From the NCBI RefSeq assembly GCF_009834535.1, contig NC_045697.1, positions 111,912,001 to 111,976,000 on the forward strand: 64,000 bases of DNA, given 5' to 3'. A model generated the notes under the pieces. That model saw only the letters and a program-made list of their open reading frames with translations. It was not told the origin of the DNA and made no database searches. Source of the DNA: Camelus ferus. Taxonomy: Eukaryota. The position numbers and the translations under genes are program-made. Positions 1 to 13,315 of this stretch are shown here, one piece after another; within the stretch, counting starts at the first letter, position 1; the number at the start of each line of letters is the position of its first letter.

Positions 1-194
1 CACACCTCCTCCCCTTTTGTGTATAAAAGGAGCCTGTATTCTGACGTGAGGAAGATGGTTCTCCAGGACACGAGTCTGCCATCTTCTCGGTCTTCTGACT
101 TTCCAAATAAAGTCACTATTCCCTACCCCAACACCTCATCTCCCATTTATTGGCCTGTCGTGTAGTGAGCAGGATGAGTTTGGACTTGATGACA
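1..194 (+). mobile_element. ERV1-type LTR, 3' part (same family as 43061-43583)
   Basis: TATAAAA at 22-28, AATAAA at 106-111, ends ...gaca; aligns with 43391-43583. Confidence 0.8.
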
Positions 195-436
195 CAAGCA
201 GAGAGTGGAGTGATTGAGGAAGGGGCTGATAGCTAAGGGGCACAAGAAGCTAAAGAGGCAAAGGAACGCTGTCCCTTCAGAACCTCCAGAGGAAACTAGC
301 CCTGTCGTCTTCTGGACTTCAGCCCAGTGAGACTGCTTTAGGACTTCTGACCTGCAGAACTATAAGGAATAAATGTGTATTTTAAGCCACTAAGTTTCTG
401 CTAATTTATTACAGCACTAATAGGAAACTAGTATAC
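195..436 (+). mobile_element. MLT1 (MaLR) LTR 3' part
   Basis: gacttctgacctgcagaactataag...aataaatgtg...taagccactaagtt...acagcactaataggaaactagtata, a typical MLT1 3' end. Confidence 0.75.
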
Positions 437-825
437 TGTGTCTTTATTGATTCTTTCCTAAGTGCCAGAGGAACACATGGCCCTGTATTCTCCTTACTAT
501 AGAGTAAATATATGTTCTATATGTTTTTACTTGGCAATTTCACCTTCTATCCAAGTTTCAACCATGACCCACGATTCCCAGAACCAGCTGTCTCAATCTA
601 CATTCAAGTCTTGTGCTATATTATCACTTGGTGTCTTGCAGGCAACTAAAACTCATTAACCTGTGTGCTGTGTGAAGGAGGACTTTCCAGGAAGTTAAAG
701 AAGTTTAAGGTTCACATTTCTTCACTTGTACGAGTCTCTTCTAAGACCATGGGAGGACCCTAGAAATTTCTATTTGTAATTTTATATAATTTTTCTTAAT
801 AAAGTTGCCTGTGGTCATAAAGTCA

Positions 826-1190
826 GTATCTTAGTGCTTGCAGATGCTGTAACAAAAATTCCACAGGATGTGTGGCTTAAACAACAATCATTTATTTCTC
901 ATAGTTCTGGAGGCTGAGAAGTCCAAGATCCCTACCCTGGCAGATTCTGTGTCTGGTGAGAACTCAGTTCCTGGTTCACAGACAGCTGTCTTCTCACTGT
1001 GTCCTCATGGGGTGGAAGGGAGGAGGGAGCTCTCTGTGGTCTCTTTTATAAGGGCATGAATCTCATTTATGAGGGTTCCACCTTCCTGGGCTAATCACCT
1101 CCCAAAAGCCCCAGTTCCAAATACCATTGCATTGGGGATTAGGTTTCAACATATGAATTCTGGGGGACACATGCATTTGGTCTATAGTGG
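826..1190 (-). mobile_element. MLT1A-like MaLR LTR
   Basis: ggcttaaacaacaatcatttatttctcatagttctggaggctgagaagtccaagatc...aatcacctcccaaaagcccc...aacatatgaattctggggga. Confidence 0.85.
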
Positions 1191-1429
1191 GCAGTAAGTT
1201 ACATTTTCCTTCATAGTTCCATGAGTGAATCCAGCATTTGTGTAACCCCAAGTTTGTACAATTAACCATGTCTATGAAGCACTTAACCTCACACGCAGCA
1301 GGTGGTCACCCAGTTGTAACAGTGTTGTCCTCAGATGCTTTACCTTGGTTAATGACATCACAGTCCTGCCCTACAACAGCCAGACACCTCAGAGTGACTC
1401 TGACACTCACGTACCCATATCCAAGCCAG

Positions 1430-2466
1430 GAAATCCTATTGGTTTTGACTTTCTAATTAAGGCTTTGCCTTAATTCTGCCCCACAGTGTCTAATCACCAC
1501 AATCTCTGCCTTTATTCAAGTCTTCATTATCTATTTCTTGATTTATTATGATAGCTTCCTAATTTGTTTCTGTGCTAAACTTACTCCAGGGCAATCTCTT
1601 TGCTGCTGATGAATTTATTTTCCTAAAGCCAAAATATAATCACATCTCTATAGCTTAGGGCTTTTGAGATGTGGGTTTAATGTAGGGAGCTCCTACACAG
1701 TAGGGAGACAACAAGCATAACAGTCACTGACCATAAGTGTTCCTGTGCCATGTATTGTGTTTCATACAGAATGTAGTTTCTCAGTTTTAATTATTCCTTC
1801 AGAAAAGCTTTTCCTAATGCCACCAAGCAATACAGTCATGTCACTGATGTTGTATACTTTATAATTCATATCTCAATCAATAATTATCTTGATTTTTTTT
1901 TTTGTTAGTTTACTTATTTATTATCTGTCTCCCCTGCTATCCAGGTTTCAACCATGACCCACGGAATGTAGCTCTGTGTGGAGAGGGATTTTGTTTTTTA
2001 ACTTTTGTTCATTGATGTGTCTCCATTGCTTATTACTGCACCTGGCAAAAAAGCAGAATCTCACTGCTAAGGGCTGAATGTCTGCCCCCACCCCCACCCC
2101 ACCCTGAATTCATACATTGATTCCCTAATCCTCAGTGTGATAGCATTAGGAATTGGGGCCTTTGGGAGGTAACTAGGTCATGAGGGTGGAGTCCCTATGA
2201 ATAGGATTAGTGCCCTTCTAAGGAGAGGCACAAGAGATGATCTCTTGCTCTGTCTGACATGTGGAGATATAGCAAGAAGGCAGCCATCTGCAAACCAGAA
2301 CTGAGGGTCCTCACCAGAACCCAACCATGCTGATACCTTGACCCTGGCTTTTTAGTCTCCAGAACTGTGAGAAATAAATATTTGTTGTTTAAGTCACTCA
2401 GTCTTTGGCATTTTTTTGTTACAGCAGCCTGAGCTAAGACACTCACTGAATATTTGTTGAACGAAA
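1430..2466 (+). mobile_element. L2 3' remnant, interrupted by an MLT1A LTR
   Basis: tgtctcccctgcta..gaatgtagctc, cacctggca..., and the aatatttgttgaacgaa L2 terminus. Confidence 0.65.
2065..2441 (+). mobile_element. MLT1A-like solo LTR, full length
   Basis: TG...CA ends; 5-bp TSD CTCAC at 2060-2064 and 2442-2446. Confidence 0.88.
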
Positions 2467-2762
2467 GAGCTGAGCTAGGATATTAACAACAAACAAACCC
2501 ATAACCCCAGAACTATCATATTCATTTAATAAAATAAGTGATATAGTAATGCCACAAAGTTGGGAAGATCATGATTGCAGAATAAAGGATGTTTAAGAAC
2601 TGAGTCAGGGTTGTCTTATAAACCGTCCCTACATTTTTCTTGTGGTTGAACTTCCCTTGGGTGGTACAACCTTCTCACATCTAGGCTCGTGGCTGATAGC
2701 ATGATTTCCTGTATATCTTAAGTAGCTTGACCTATGAAATGTTATTAACCCTCTTGTATTTA

Positions 2763-2912
2763 TTTTTTTGGGGGGGAGGCTTGGGGGATAATTAGATTTA
2801 TTTATTTTAAATTAATTATTATAATATTTTTTTTAGTGGAGGTACTGGGGATTGAACCCAGTACCCTGTGCATGCTAAACACATGATAGACCACTGAGCT
2901 ATACCCTCCCCC
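2763..2912 (-). mobile_element. vic-1-like tRNA-derived camelid SINE
   Basis: Reverse complement of ggggagggtatagctcagtgg...gggttcaatccccagtacctcc (A and B boxes) plus AT-rich tail. Confidence 0.9.
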
Positions 2913-3376
2913 TGAAATGTATTTCTTACTATGAGTCTCACAAAGTTGGGAACTAACCAGGGTGAACAGCCACAGTTTGTTTTGTTGAGATATAGAGTTC
3001 TGTTCCACCAGGAAAGAGTTTTAATTCTGCCTAAATTATTTCTTTTATTTTCTAGACTTCTTCTAGAGCTGTGAATGAACAGCTCTCTATGGCTTTTCCT
3101 CCATGGCCGTGTTCACAGTCCGTCACCCCATCATTTCACTTCTCTTCTTACGCGGCTTATGTTCCATGGCCCAGCATTACAATCACCCTTTTGCAGACCC
3201 CCTGTCCTTTTCCTTTCTTGCTTTGACATATAATTCTGGAAAAACAGTAACTCTGGTTAAAGCCACCTCCCTTCCCTTGTCCACTGTGTCCCAGGAAGCT
3301 GCATGCCCTTGGAACCAGCACACGACCTCACCTGCTCTTGGTGCTGCTGCGCAGTCCTTCTACGCTTCCCCAGCCC

Positions 3377-3945
3377 CGGGGCAGTCAAACTTTAACTCAC
3401 ATCAGAATCACTTGTGTCTTACACAGAGCTCCACTGCTGGGCTCCACCTTGAGTTCCTGACTCAGTAGGTATGTTAGCTATTAATAGCAAATTACTTCAA
3501 AGTTTAGTGTTTTACAGCAAAATTTTTTATTTTAACCTCATACCATTTCTTCAAGTCAGGAATCTGGGAGGAGCTTGGCTTGGCCCTGGCTTGGGATCTG
3601 GTGAAACTGCAGTCACATTGTTGGCTGGGGGATGGCCTCCCAGACTGGGGCTGCTGACATGTAAGACTCTCTGTGGCAGCTGGTTTCTCACAGATCAAGT
3701 GATCAGAGAGGAGAGAGGGACAGAATCTGCAGTCTTTTAAACCTCTGTCTTACTCCATTGGTTCCATAGGTCAGTGGGCAGAATTGTATCCTGGGACTAA
3801 ATAAGGGTATTACTATCAGGATACAGGGGTGGTTAGGACCATCTTGGAGTTTGGCTACCACAGTTGTCTAAGGTGGAGCCTGAGATTTGCATTTTTAGCA
3901 AGTTTCCAGGTGACGTTGCTGCTGCTGGTCACTCCAAGTCCCACC
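3377..3945 (+). mobile_element. MER5A-like hAT remnant split by an MLT1 LTR (~3469-3861, minus)
   Basis: catcagaatcac...ctgactcagtagg | MLT1 | tctaaggtggagcctgagatttgcatttttagcaagtttccaggtga. Confidence 0.7.
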
Positions 3946-4014
3946 GCCCAGGTCAGCCGTTCCCTCACTCTGCGCACCAGTGGTTTCAAACTGAAGTCCA
4001 TTAGGACTTGGATG

Positions 4015-5449
4015 CTCGTGTATAGAACTACAGAAGACCCCGAATAGTCAACACAATCTTAAGAAAGAAGAACGAAGCTGGAAGAATCACACTTCCTGAC
4101 TTCAAACTATACTACAGAGCTACAGGCATCACAACAGCGTGGGGCAGCACATAGACAGACACACAGATCAATGGAACAGGATAGAGAGCCCAGAAATAAA
4201 CCCATGCACTTATGGTCATTTACTCTATGACAAAGGAGGCAAGAATATACAATGGAGAAAAGATGGTTTCTTCAATAAATGGTGCTGGGAAAACTGGACA
4301 GCTATACATAAAAGAATGAAATTAGAATATTTTCTCACAGCATATACAAAACAACAAACAAAAAATTTTTAAAAAAATCTCAAAATAGATTAAGGACCAA
4401 AATCTAAGACCGGAAACTATAAAACTCCTAGAAGAAAATGTAGGTAGAATAGTCTTTGACATGAATCGTAGCAACATTTTTTTTTTGGATCTGTCTCCTA
4501 AAATAAAGGAAACAAAAGCAAAAATAAACAAAAGGGACGTAATTAAACTTAAAATCTTTAGAACAACAAAGGAAACCACTGACAAAATGAAAAGACAAAC
4601 TAAAAGAATGCGAGAAAATATTTGCAAATGATATGACTGACAGGAGGTTAATATCTAAAATACATAAACAGCTCATATAACCCAACATCAAAAAAAAAAA
4701 AAAACCAACTTGATTAAAAAATGGGCAAAAGACCTGAATAGACATTTTTCCAGAGAAGACATACAGATGGCCAGCAGGCATGTTAAAAGATACTCAACAT
4801 CACTAATCATCAGGGAAATGCAAATCAAAACCACAATGAGGCATCACCTCAGAGCTGTCAGAATGGCTATCATCAAAGAGAACACACGTAAGAAATGTTG
4901 GTAAGGATGAGGAGAAGAAGGAACCCTCCTACACTGTTGTGGGCATGTAAATTGGTGCAGCCACTGTGGAAAACAATATGGAGGTTCCTCAAAAAACTAA
5001 AAATAGAACTACCATATGACTCAGCAATTCCTCTCCTGGATATATATCTGAAAAAAACAAAAACAGTAATTCAAAAAAATACATGCAACCCAATGTTCAT
5101 AGCAGCATTGTTTACAACTGCCAAGATAGGGAAGCAACCTGAGTGTTCATCAACAGAGGAATGGATAAAGAAGAGGTGGCATATATACATAATGGAATAA
5201 TACTCAGCCATAAAAAAGAATGAAAATTTGCCATTTGCAGTAACATGGATGGACCTGGAGATTGTCATTTTAAGTGAAGTAAGCCAGAAAGAGAAAGAAA
5301 AATACCATATGATATCGCTTATAGGTGGAATCTAAAGAAAAGGACACAAATGAATTTATTTACAAATCAGAAACAGACTGACAGATACAGAGAACAAACT
5401 TATGGTTACCAGAGGGTAAAGGAGGTGGGAAGGGATAAATTAGGAATTC
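4015..5449 (+). mobile_element. L1 fragment: ORF2 C-terminal region plus partial 3'UTR, frameshifted
   Basis: ORF-track peptides [53 protein letters not shown] are L1 ORF2 motifs, split over several frames. Confidence 0.95.
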
Positions 5450-5464
5450 GAAAATTGCACCTCT

Positions 5465-5605
5465 TAGGGAATGATGGAAATGTTAGTTGTTTTGATTGTG
5501 ATAGTGATCTCATTGGTGTATACATCTATCAAAATTCATTAAGTTGCACATCTGAAGTATGTGTAGTTCACTGTACATGAATCATACCATAATAAAGATG
5601 TTAAA
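5465..5605 (+). mobile_element. Old L1 (L1MC/ME-like) 3' terminus
   Basis: tgatggaaatgtt...ttgattgtgatagtg...tacatctatcaaaattcatt...aataaag. Confidence 0.65.
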
Positions 5606-7284
5606 AGATAATATAAAATGTCTGCATTACAATAGACTGGATATTATATCCTTAACAACTTTTTAAACTCACAATGAAGAATTATAAATGCTCACTTACA
5701 AATGTGTGAGGACACAGTTAACGGAATTAGCTTAGAGGTGATCATTTCATTACCCCTCAAACTTGCAACACCTTTCCCCTTTCTCTCAATCATTCTAGTT
5801 TTGATCTTGCTTATTTACTATTTCATCATTAACATCAGAGCAATGAGAAGAGGATTTCTGCTCTATGTCCAACCACCCTCAGCAGCCCTCATACATTCTA
5901 CTTCCCTGACCATTGCTACTCTCTGGCCAGGTTAGTCTGTTGATAGTGTTATGTTCACAGATTAATGATAGTCTTCATAATCCAGAGCCAACCCCTTCTC
6001 TATTTATTATACCTTTTTCCACTACCTGACATCCTCACTGATGTAATAATCTTCACTTAACTGACAAACATTTTAACATTTGTCAGAAGTGACCTGTGAA
6101 AAAGGGTCATGAACTGGAAAAACCACGATGTGTGTGTTTGTGTCTATGTGAAAAAGTGACTGTGTTAGGGAGAGAGCAAATGATAGCAAATGATACTGAT
6201 TCATTTCTGAAGACAGGGATCAGAGACAGAATCAGTGTCTTATTTCTGATTACCCTCTTCTTTCTACTTTATATTGGAGCTATAAAAGCAAATGGAAGGT
6301 AAAATTGGCATCAGTAAATACGTTTTGCTGATTTACCACCAACCCCATTCTGCCGTTAAGACCACCAGGATGTGAAATTTCTTGGACTAGTAATGTTGAC
6401 TTACTACTTTTTTTTTTCAGTGTGAAAGTCTTTGAAGTCTTTGAAGTCTTTGACTCTTATTCTTTTTTTAATTCTTATCTTTTATTGCAGTGTAGTCGAT
6501 TTACAATGTTAGTGTCAGGTGGGTCTCAGCTACTTTTGATGCCTATCCAGTTTCAGTGCTTGACACACAATATTTTTGTTTCAAAATTATTTGCTAAATC
6601 AAAAATTAACTTAGTTGCTTTTTATACATTGTTTTATAAAGAGATAATTTATAGTTTTCAACCTAATTCAACACATTTACTAAGTCCCTACTATGTTTTA
6701 GGTACTTGTCTAGATCCTGGAGTTAGTCAAAAAGAAATAAAGACAAACATGGTTTTGAAATGTTCTTTCAATTCAGGGCTTATAAATTCCAAGAATATAG
6801 GTGCAGTTAAATTCTTTATGCTGTAACTCAATAGACTTCATAAAAACATAGCTGGAAAGGAGTTTAGGTAAAATTAAGTCCAATGGCCTTACAGATAATA
6901 AGTAAGTAAAGTCAAGAAAGTTTAAGGAATTTGCCCCAAATCACACAGCTAGCTCATATCATCGCTGTGAACGCCATTCCCGGAGCTTTGTTCATTACCA
7001 TCAACCTTGCTGCCAAGTAGATACATAAATAGAGACAAGTATTTGAATGTGTAAACAAGTCTTTTTTTTTTTAATAACTGGCTTCTTGTGAATTGTGAAT
7101 TTTTTGCATAGCTGAATTTAATACTGCCCTCAACTTTCAGGTATATATGGTCATCTGCTCTTTGAAGTTTGTCATTTCTAGAATATTTATAACATCTACA
7201 TCTGGGCTAATAGACGACTGCTTATATTTAGGGTTCTTCAGAAATGCTGATTATTATTATTATTTTTAATGATTAATCTGTTAT

Positions 7285-7770
7285 AGCAAAGGTATGCAAA
7301 CTGCAAGACCATGGGCCACTCTGGCTTGATCCTGTTTTCATACAATCTATAAGTGAAGAATGATTTTCACGTTTTTAAGTAAATGGGAAAAAATTAGAAG
7401 AATAGTATCTCATGACATGTGAAAATGCTGTGAAATCCTAATGTTAATGTCCATTAATATAGTTTTGGGGGGGTGGAGGTAATTAGGTTTATTTATTTAA
7501 TTTTTTTTATAATGGAGGTACTGGGGATTGAACCCAGGACCTTGTGCATGCTAAGCATGCTCTCTGATACTTGACCTATACCCTCCCTCCACAGTGTCCA
7601 CTAGTATTGTTTTATCAGAACACAGCTGTGTTCATTCACGTACTGTCTGTGGTTGTCTTCTCAATACAACAGGAGAACTGAATGATTGCAACAGAGACCA
7701 TGTGGCCTGCAAAGCTTAAAGTATTTACTCTCTGGCCCTTTATGGGTAAAGTTTATTCATCCTTGCACTA
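7285..7770 (+). mobile_element. MER58B-like hAT element interrupted by a SINE
   Basis: caaact..catgggcc...agagaccatgtggcctgcaaagcttaaagtatttactctctggcccttta. Confidence 0.75.
7466..7590 (-). mobile_element. vic-1-like SINE
   Basis: SINE core with a diverged TSD tgtcca(t/c)ta.ta..gtttt. Confidence 0.9.
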
Positions 7771-8462
7771 CAGCAACAAATATCCTATTAAACCTGCCTC
7801 TCGCTCCCAACACTTGTGGGACATTTAGATAGCTATTTAATGGGAACCAATGATTTCAGTATCTTTGAGGACTGTACCAAAGCTTTATCCCTAAATTGCA
7901 AATAACCCAAAACAGGTCCAGATTTTTCCTTACTTTCTCTTCTTGCTTAATACTGTATTGATATCTGCATAGTCCTCTCCTGAAAAAATTCAAGCTTACA
8001 AGTTGTGTTTATATTTGACAGAAGTAAAAGCTTTCCACAGCCACCAGCAGAAGGTCTGCATTGAGATAATTTATATTGAGGGCAGCAGAGCAGTCTTCCC
8101 AGGGGATCTGACTATGTTGTCTGCAAGGGAGAATGTGTGTGTGTTCTTTTGTTTTGTTTTGTTCTGTTTTGCTTTCTGTGTTTCAAGCTCCTTATGCTTT
8201 ATGTCTCGATAGTTAAAACTAAACATTTTATATGGATTTAAGAGCTTAATATGTTTTTGAGAGGGAAGTTCTGGGCTAATAATAGAACTAGTCAAAAACA
8301 GTTTCTTAAGTAAACTTAAGGAGATTTCTCAAGCTATTAAAACATACTGCATAACAACTTCAACTTTGACTCCAATAAAGTTTACTAGCAACTCAGTGAA
8401 AATGAAATACACATAATGAATACACATATGGAAATGTTTACCTTCATTAGAATTTAAATAAA

Positions 8463-8605
8463 GGCGGGGTTCAGCTCAGTGGTAGAGAGCTTGCTTAGCA
8501 TGCATGAGGTTTCAGGTTCAATTCCCAGTACCTCCATCAAAAATTAAAAACAAATTTAAAGAAAAAACAAATCTAGTTACCTACCCTCTCCAAAAAAGCT
8601 TAAAA
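8463..8605 (+). mobile_element. vic-1-like SINE
   Basis: agctcagtggtagag...ggttcaattcccagtacctcc; TSD aatttaaataaa at 8451-8462 and 8606-8617. Confidence 0.9.
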
Positions 8606-9995
8606 AATTTAAATAAATGGAACTTAAAACAGCGATTAAATACCATTTTCCTTCATTAAGTTACAAAGAAAAAAGATGACACTCTCTAACACTGACCATT
8701 GTGTAGTGACACAAGGAATGTTGATACTCTTTTACGATGCAAACTTAATTTTTTTGGCACTTAAAGGCTTTCCAAAAAGAAATTCCTTCCAAAAGAATTC
8801 ACTTACATTGAAGGTTTTTGATGTGTTATAAGAAGTAACAAATCTTGAGCAACAAGGGGTCCGTTCACATTCTAACCTAAATCCCATGGTTGTTATCTAA
8901 AGCACAAAGTTAACATGCCACTCCTCTGCTTAAAATCCTTTGAAGATTCCCCATAATCTGCTGAGCAAAATCCCAGTCTCTAGAGGCATTAAAGTCTCCG
9001 TCATCTTGGCCTGGACTTTCCCTCTCTTATTTCCTGCCATTCTACCTGCGTCATAAAGCCTCCTCCTCCCCCTCCCCTGATGAAACCCATCCCTCCAGAA
9101 ACCGGCCCCTGATCTCTTCTGCATTATTCATTTTTCCCCCTCTTTCCTGGGTCACTTGCAAACACGATACTTTCTCCCATCTCAAGAATTTTTTCTGCAT
9201 CTCAGATATTGTCAGCTACTATCCTATTTCTCTCCTTTAAAACAGATTTTTTGAAAGAGTTGCCTATATTTTATAGAGGATTTGTCTCCAGTTTCTCTCT
9301 TCCCATTTTCTCTTGAATCCATTCTTCTCTCCTTTTTAAAAAAAACTTGATTGTTTATTATGGGAAAATTTTTAAATAAACAGAGAATTGTATACCCATC
9401 CAGCTTCTAATGGATTATTTCAAAGCCAACAGCAGATATATGAACATATTCTAAACAGCCTTTCAGATTCATCATCTGATCAAACTGTTTTCAAAGTCAA
9501 CAACGACCTTCACCTCAGTTTGTGCAGTAAAATACACACCCATATATTATTCTTCAAAGCAATAGCTTGGATTGAACAATAAATGTATTTATTAAAAATG
9601 GAAAACACAGGGAAAAATCAACAGAAAGTTGACTACTCAGAGCCAGTCAATACTGACATTTTAGTGAAATTTATCTCCAATTTTATGCTATGCAAATGAA
9701 CATGTATTTAAAAAATTAAGATTACACTATTATAAAATCTTTTCTTTTTTAATGAATTATGCACATGGATTTTTATGTTCAATAAATGACAGGTCTAGAT
9801 CATTTTCTAAGCTCTTTAGCAATCTGTCATTTTTATGTTTTATGATTTATTAAAATAATTTTCTATATTTGTACATTTTACGTTTCCAATTTTAACTCTC
9901 ATATTTGCTATTGTAATGGTCATCCTCATAAAGCATCTTTGTGCACCCGTAGTGTACTGCTTCAGGATGAATTCCTAGAATTAAAATTTTGAGTA

Positions 9996-10765
9996 TTGCA
10001 TGTTTTTATTCTTTTTATTATAGGTTACTACAAGACATTGAATATAGTTATCTATGCTATACAGAAAGAACTCCCTTGTTTATCTATTTTATATATACTA
10101 CTTAATGTTTGCCAATCTCAAACTCCCAATTCATCCCTCCCCACCCTCTTCCCCTTCAGGAACCGTAAGATTGTTTATTATGTCTGTGAGTCTGTTTCTG
10201 TTTTACAGAGAAATTCCTTAGTGTCTTCCTTTTTCCTTTTTTAGATTCCACATATAAGTGATATCATATAGTGTTTTTCTTTCTCTTTCTGGCTTACTTC
10301 ACTTTGAATGGCGATCTCCAGGTCCATCCATATTGCTGCAAATGGCATTATTTAATTCTTTTTTATGCCTGAGTAGTATTCCATTGTATAAATATACCAC
10401 AGTTTCTTTATACAGTCATCTGTCGATGGATATTTAGGTTGCTTCCATGTCTTGGTTACTGTATATAGTGCTGCTATGAACATTGAGATGCATGTATCTT
10501 TTTGAATTAGAGTTCCCTCCAGATATATGACCAGGCGTGGGATTGCTGGATCATATGCTAAGTCTATTTTTAGTTTTTAAAGGAACCTCCATACTATTTT
10601 CCATTATGGCTGCACGAAATTACGTCCCCACCAATAGTGTAGAAGGACTCCCTTTTCTCCACAGCCTCTCCAGCATTTGTCATTTGTGGGCTTTTGAATG
10701 ACGGTCATTCTGACTGGTGTGAGGTGATACCTCATTGTAGTTTTGATTCTGATAATTAGTGATAT
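9996..10765 (-). mobile_element. L1 ORF2 end plus 3'UTR fragment
   Basis: Highly similar to 16220-17000 and to the reverse complement of 4810-5440. Confidence 0.92.
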
Positions 10766-11781
10766 AACCAATTAACTATTGAAGCCATCTGAGGAACCTT
10801 TTTGGAGGAAGAAAAAACTAATTTTATTCAGGAAGTTGAAGCTGGATCTCAGTGGAAAGATCTAAGGCCAGTGTGTTTTACATTGACAAATACTAAAAGG
10901 AAGACATGTCCTTACATTTCTAAAGAAATATAGTCATCACAGAGCCTTTTTATTCCTCTAACTTAAATTCTCAAATGACCTTCAATTCTGAAATTGTGGA
11001 AAAGAACCTTAACACTGCCCAGGTGTCTGACCCTCTAAGAAGTGGAGAAGCCTAGGAACTGAAAGTAGCTGGGGGTTTACACAACCTTTTCCATCTGCTT
11101 TCAGAGAAAACTCTTGAATTACAGTAATGTCCAGCTAGCCCCAGGCATTAATTAGCATAGCCTGAATGATAACAGTAACTTAAAAAAATCAGTCAACAAT
11201 AAATGACTGGTTTGCTTTCATCACTGCAATTCCAATACCTAACTCACATTTTAAAAATGGGACACTACTTGTTTATTATTATATTTAGTATAAGGAGACA
11301 AAAATTGGTGGGGCTGGATTCTCTGTCCCTTAAATTGTTTTGATTTTGAAAGAATTCCTTAATTCAGGATATAATGTGAGTTTCAATTCCTTGGAATAGA
11401 TGGATTCTGGATTCAGTCTGTGGTTTAGATAAGACTCAAGTCTTGAGTTCTCAGCTTATATGAGCTGCGGAGTTGGTCTGATACCCTAAAAAAGGCTTTT
11501 GGGGTGGGGGTGGTGGGGTGTTTCCTAGATTAGATATTATCAGAACTCAGCATTCTCCCAGTCAACATACTGATCTCACGACTGGATGGGAAAATAAATG
11601 GCTGTGGTGGTAAATGCTGGGTCCCATGGGACCTGTTCTCTCATCATTGAAACTTTGTCATAGGTCTAGTGATGCCTAAGCCATTGTTTTTCATAGAATT
11701 ATAGGGCTGGTAGTTACTTTAGAATTATTAGTCTCTTTTTGACCCAGTGGACAAACTTCTTTTGCAATATCCTAGAGAGAT

Positions 11782-12392
11782 TGTTACCAAATTCAGGTTC
11801 ACCAGCTCGCTGCTGGAAAGCCAATATTCAAAAGAGACAAGTGTTGATGGAAAGGAAACATTACTTTATTCATGAGGCCAGCAACCCGGGGAGAAGGCAG
11901 ACTTGTGTCCAAAAACCAACTTTGAAGATTCTGCTGGACTATGAAAGTTTTTAAAAGGAGAATAAAGTTTTTAAAGGAGGGGGGTCAGAGTCTTCATTAT
12001 CTTCCACTGTGGTCAGACTTTCTTCTGATTGGTCGGTGGGGAGGTAACAGGGAGGTGCTCCAATAATCCTGTGCTCAGCTTGAGTTACTATCCTCTACCT
12101 GGGTGGGGGTCTCAGTTCCCCTGCAGAAGAACTCAGAGATATTATTATGTGTATACCTGGAGAAGGAACCAGGACCCTGCCCTGAGGCTGCACTATTGTT
12201 TCTGGACTGTTCCTCCCTTTGTCTGCATTCCCTCCCTTCCCTGATTAGCAACTGTTTGAATCTGCCCTTTGGAACTCAAGGAAGGTCATGGAGGCTGAAT
12301 GAAGCCTATTTCCTACAAACAAGAAATAGGGGTGGGAGGGGACAGAAAGGATTTGTACCCCAGAGGGCCCGACAGGGTCCTGCTCTGTTTCA
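11782..12392 (-). mobile_element. ERV1-type solo LTR, 611 bp
   Basis: TG...CA ends; 4-bp TSD AGAT at 11778-11781 and 12393-12396; minus-strand AATAAA near 11865-11870. Confidence 0.85.
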
Positions 12393-12865
12393 AGATAATT
12401 ATCCTCAACTCTTCTAAGGAGAAATTTATTTATTTATTTCATCATGAAGAAGCCCATTGAACAGGTTTACATTTTTAAAATATATTATTAATCACATAAT
12501 CTAAAAATTTTCAATAAAATTATTTTCTAAGAAGATAATGAGGTATCTGTCTGAAATATCTAGCCATTGCTTCCAGTTCTGAGTTTGTGGCATTCCAGAA
12601 TAAATCTAGTTCCTTAAAAACAAATGTTTCTTTTATTAAAAACATCTTTCCATATTTGGAGAAAAACTCTGCCTCTCCCTGAGTCTTCCTTTCTGCAGTG
12701 TAAGCATCTCTAGTTTCCTCAAGAAAACTTTGCGTAACATGATCTGTTTATTTTGTCCTTTGTCATTCTGAGGGGCCCTGGTTTATTCCTGTACCTTTTC
12801 GTATGTAATGTCAAAACCAGAAAACCAGGATTTTACAATAGCTATGAACTCACTCAGGAGCATAT

Positions 12866-13110
12866 GGTTAAAAAACAAAATTCTACTAAGTAAATTTAAA
12901 AGATCTTACTGGCTTCATTCAGTGATTCATGAATCGGGCAGCTTTCAATCTAGCAGATAAAAGCGTGCACCGAAGTGCTGTCCAAGGTAAGAGAATTTAC
13001 AGGCAGAAGGGAGCAGGAACAATGAAGTTATACTGGGCAGGAAAGCAGATTGGTTACTGCAAAGTTACTTTCCCTGTAAAGCATGTCAGGGGTCTCTCAG
13101 CACCAAGCCA
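12866..13110 (-). mobile_element. ERV1-type LTR fragment
   Basis: aaaacaaaattc..ctaagtaaattt..agatct...tcatgaatcgggcagc pattern, typical of artiodactyl ERV1 LTRs. Confidence 0.55.
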
Positions 13111-13315
13111 CCTGAGCTTTGAACTGCGTCTGCGAATGTCTGAACTTTAACTTGACTTATTTTGTGCATTCGTTAGCAAGAGGTCCTAAAGTCACTGCTT
13201 CTTCACTTTACTCCATTTTGGCTGATGCATTGTTTCATAGGAATGCTCTACTCTGTAACAGCAGGGGAAACTACAGTATATATACATATAATACACACTG
13301 TAAGTGTATTAATAG

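Noticed and set aside
4139..5200. Cluster of ORFs with reverse-transcriptase-protein similarity (also 16630-17016, 27288-27572, 51626-51868)
   Set aside because: Frameshifted, truncated L1 ORF2 fragments; no intact ORF1 or ORF2, and not a novel RT system.
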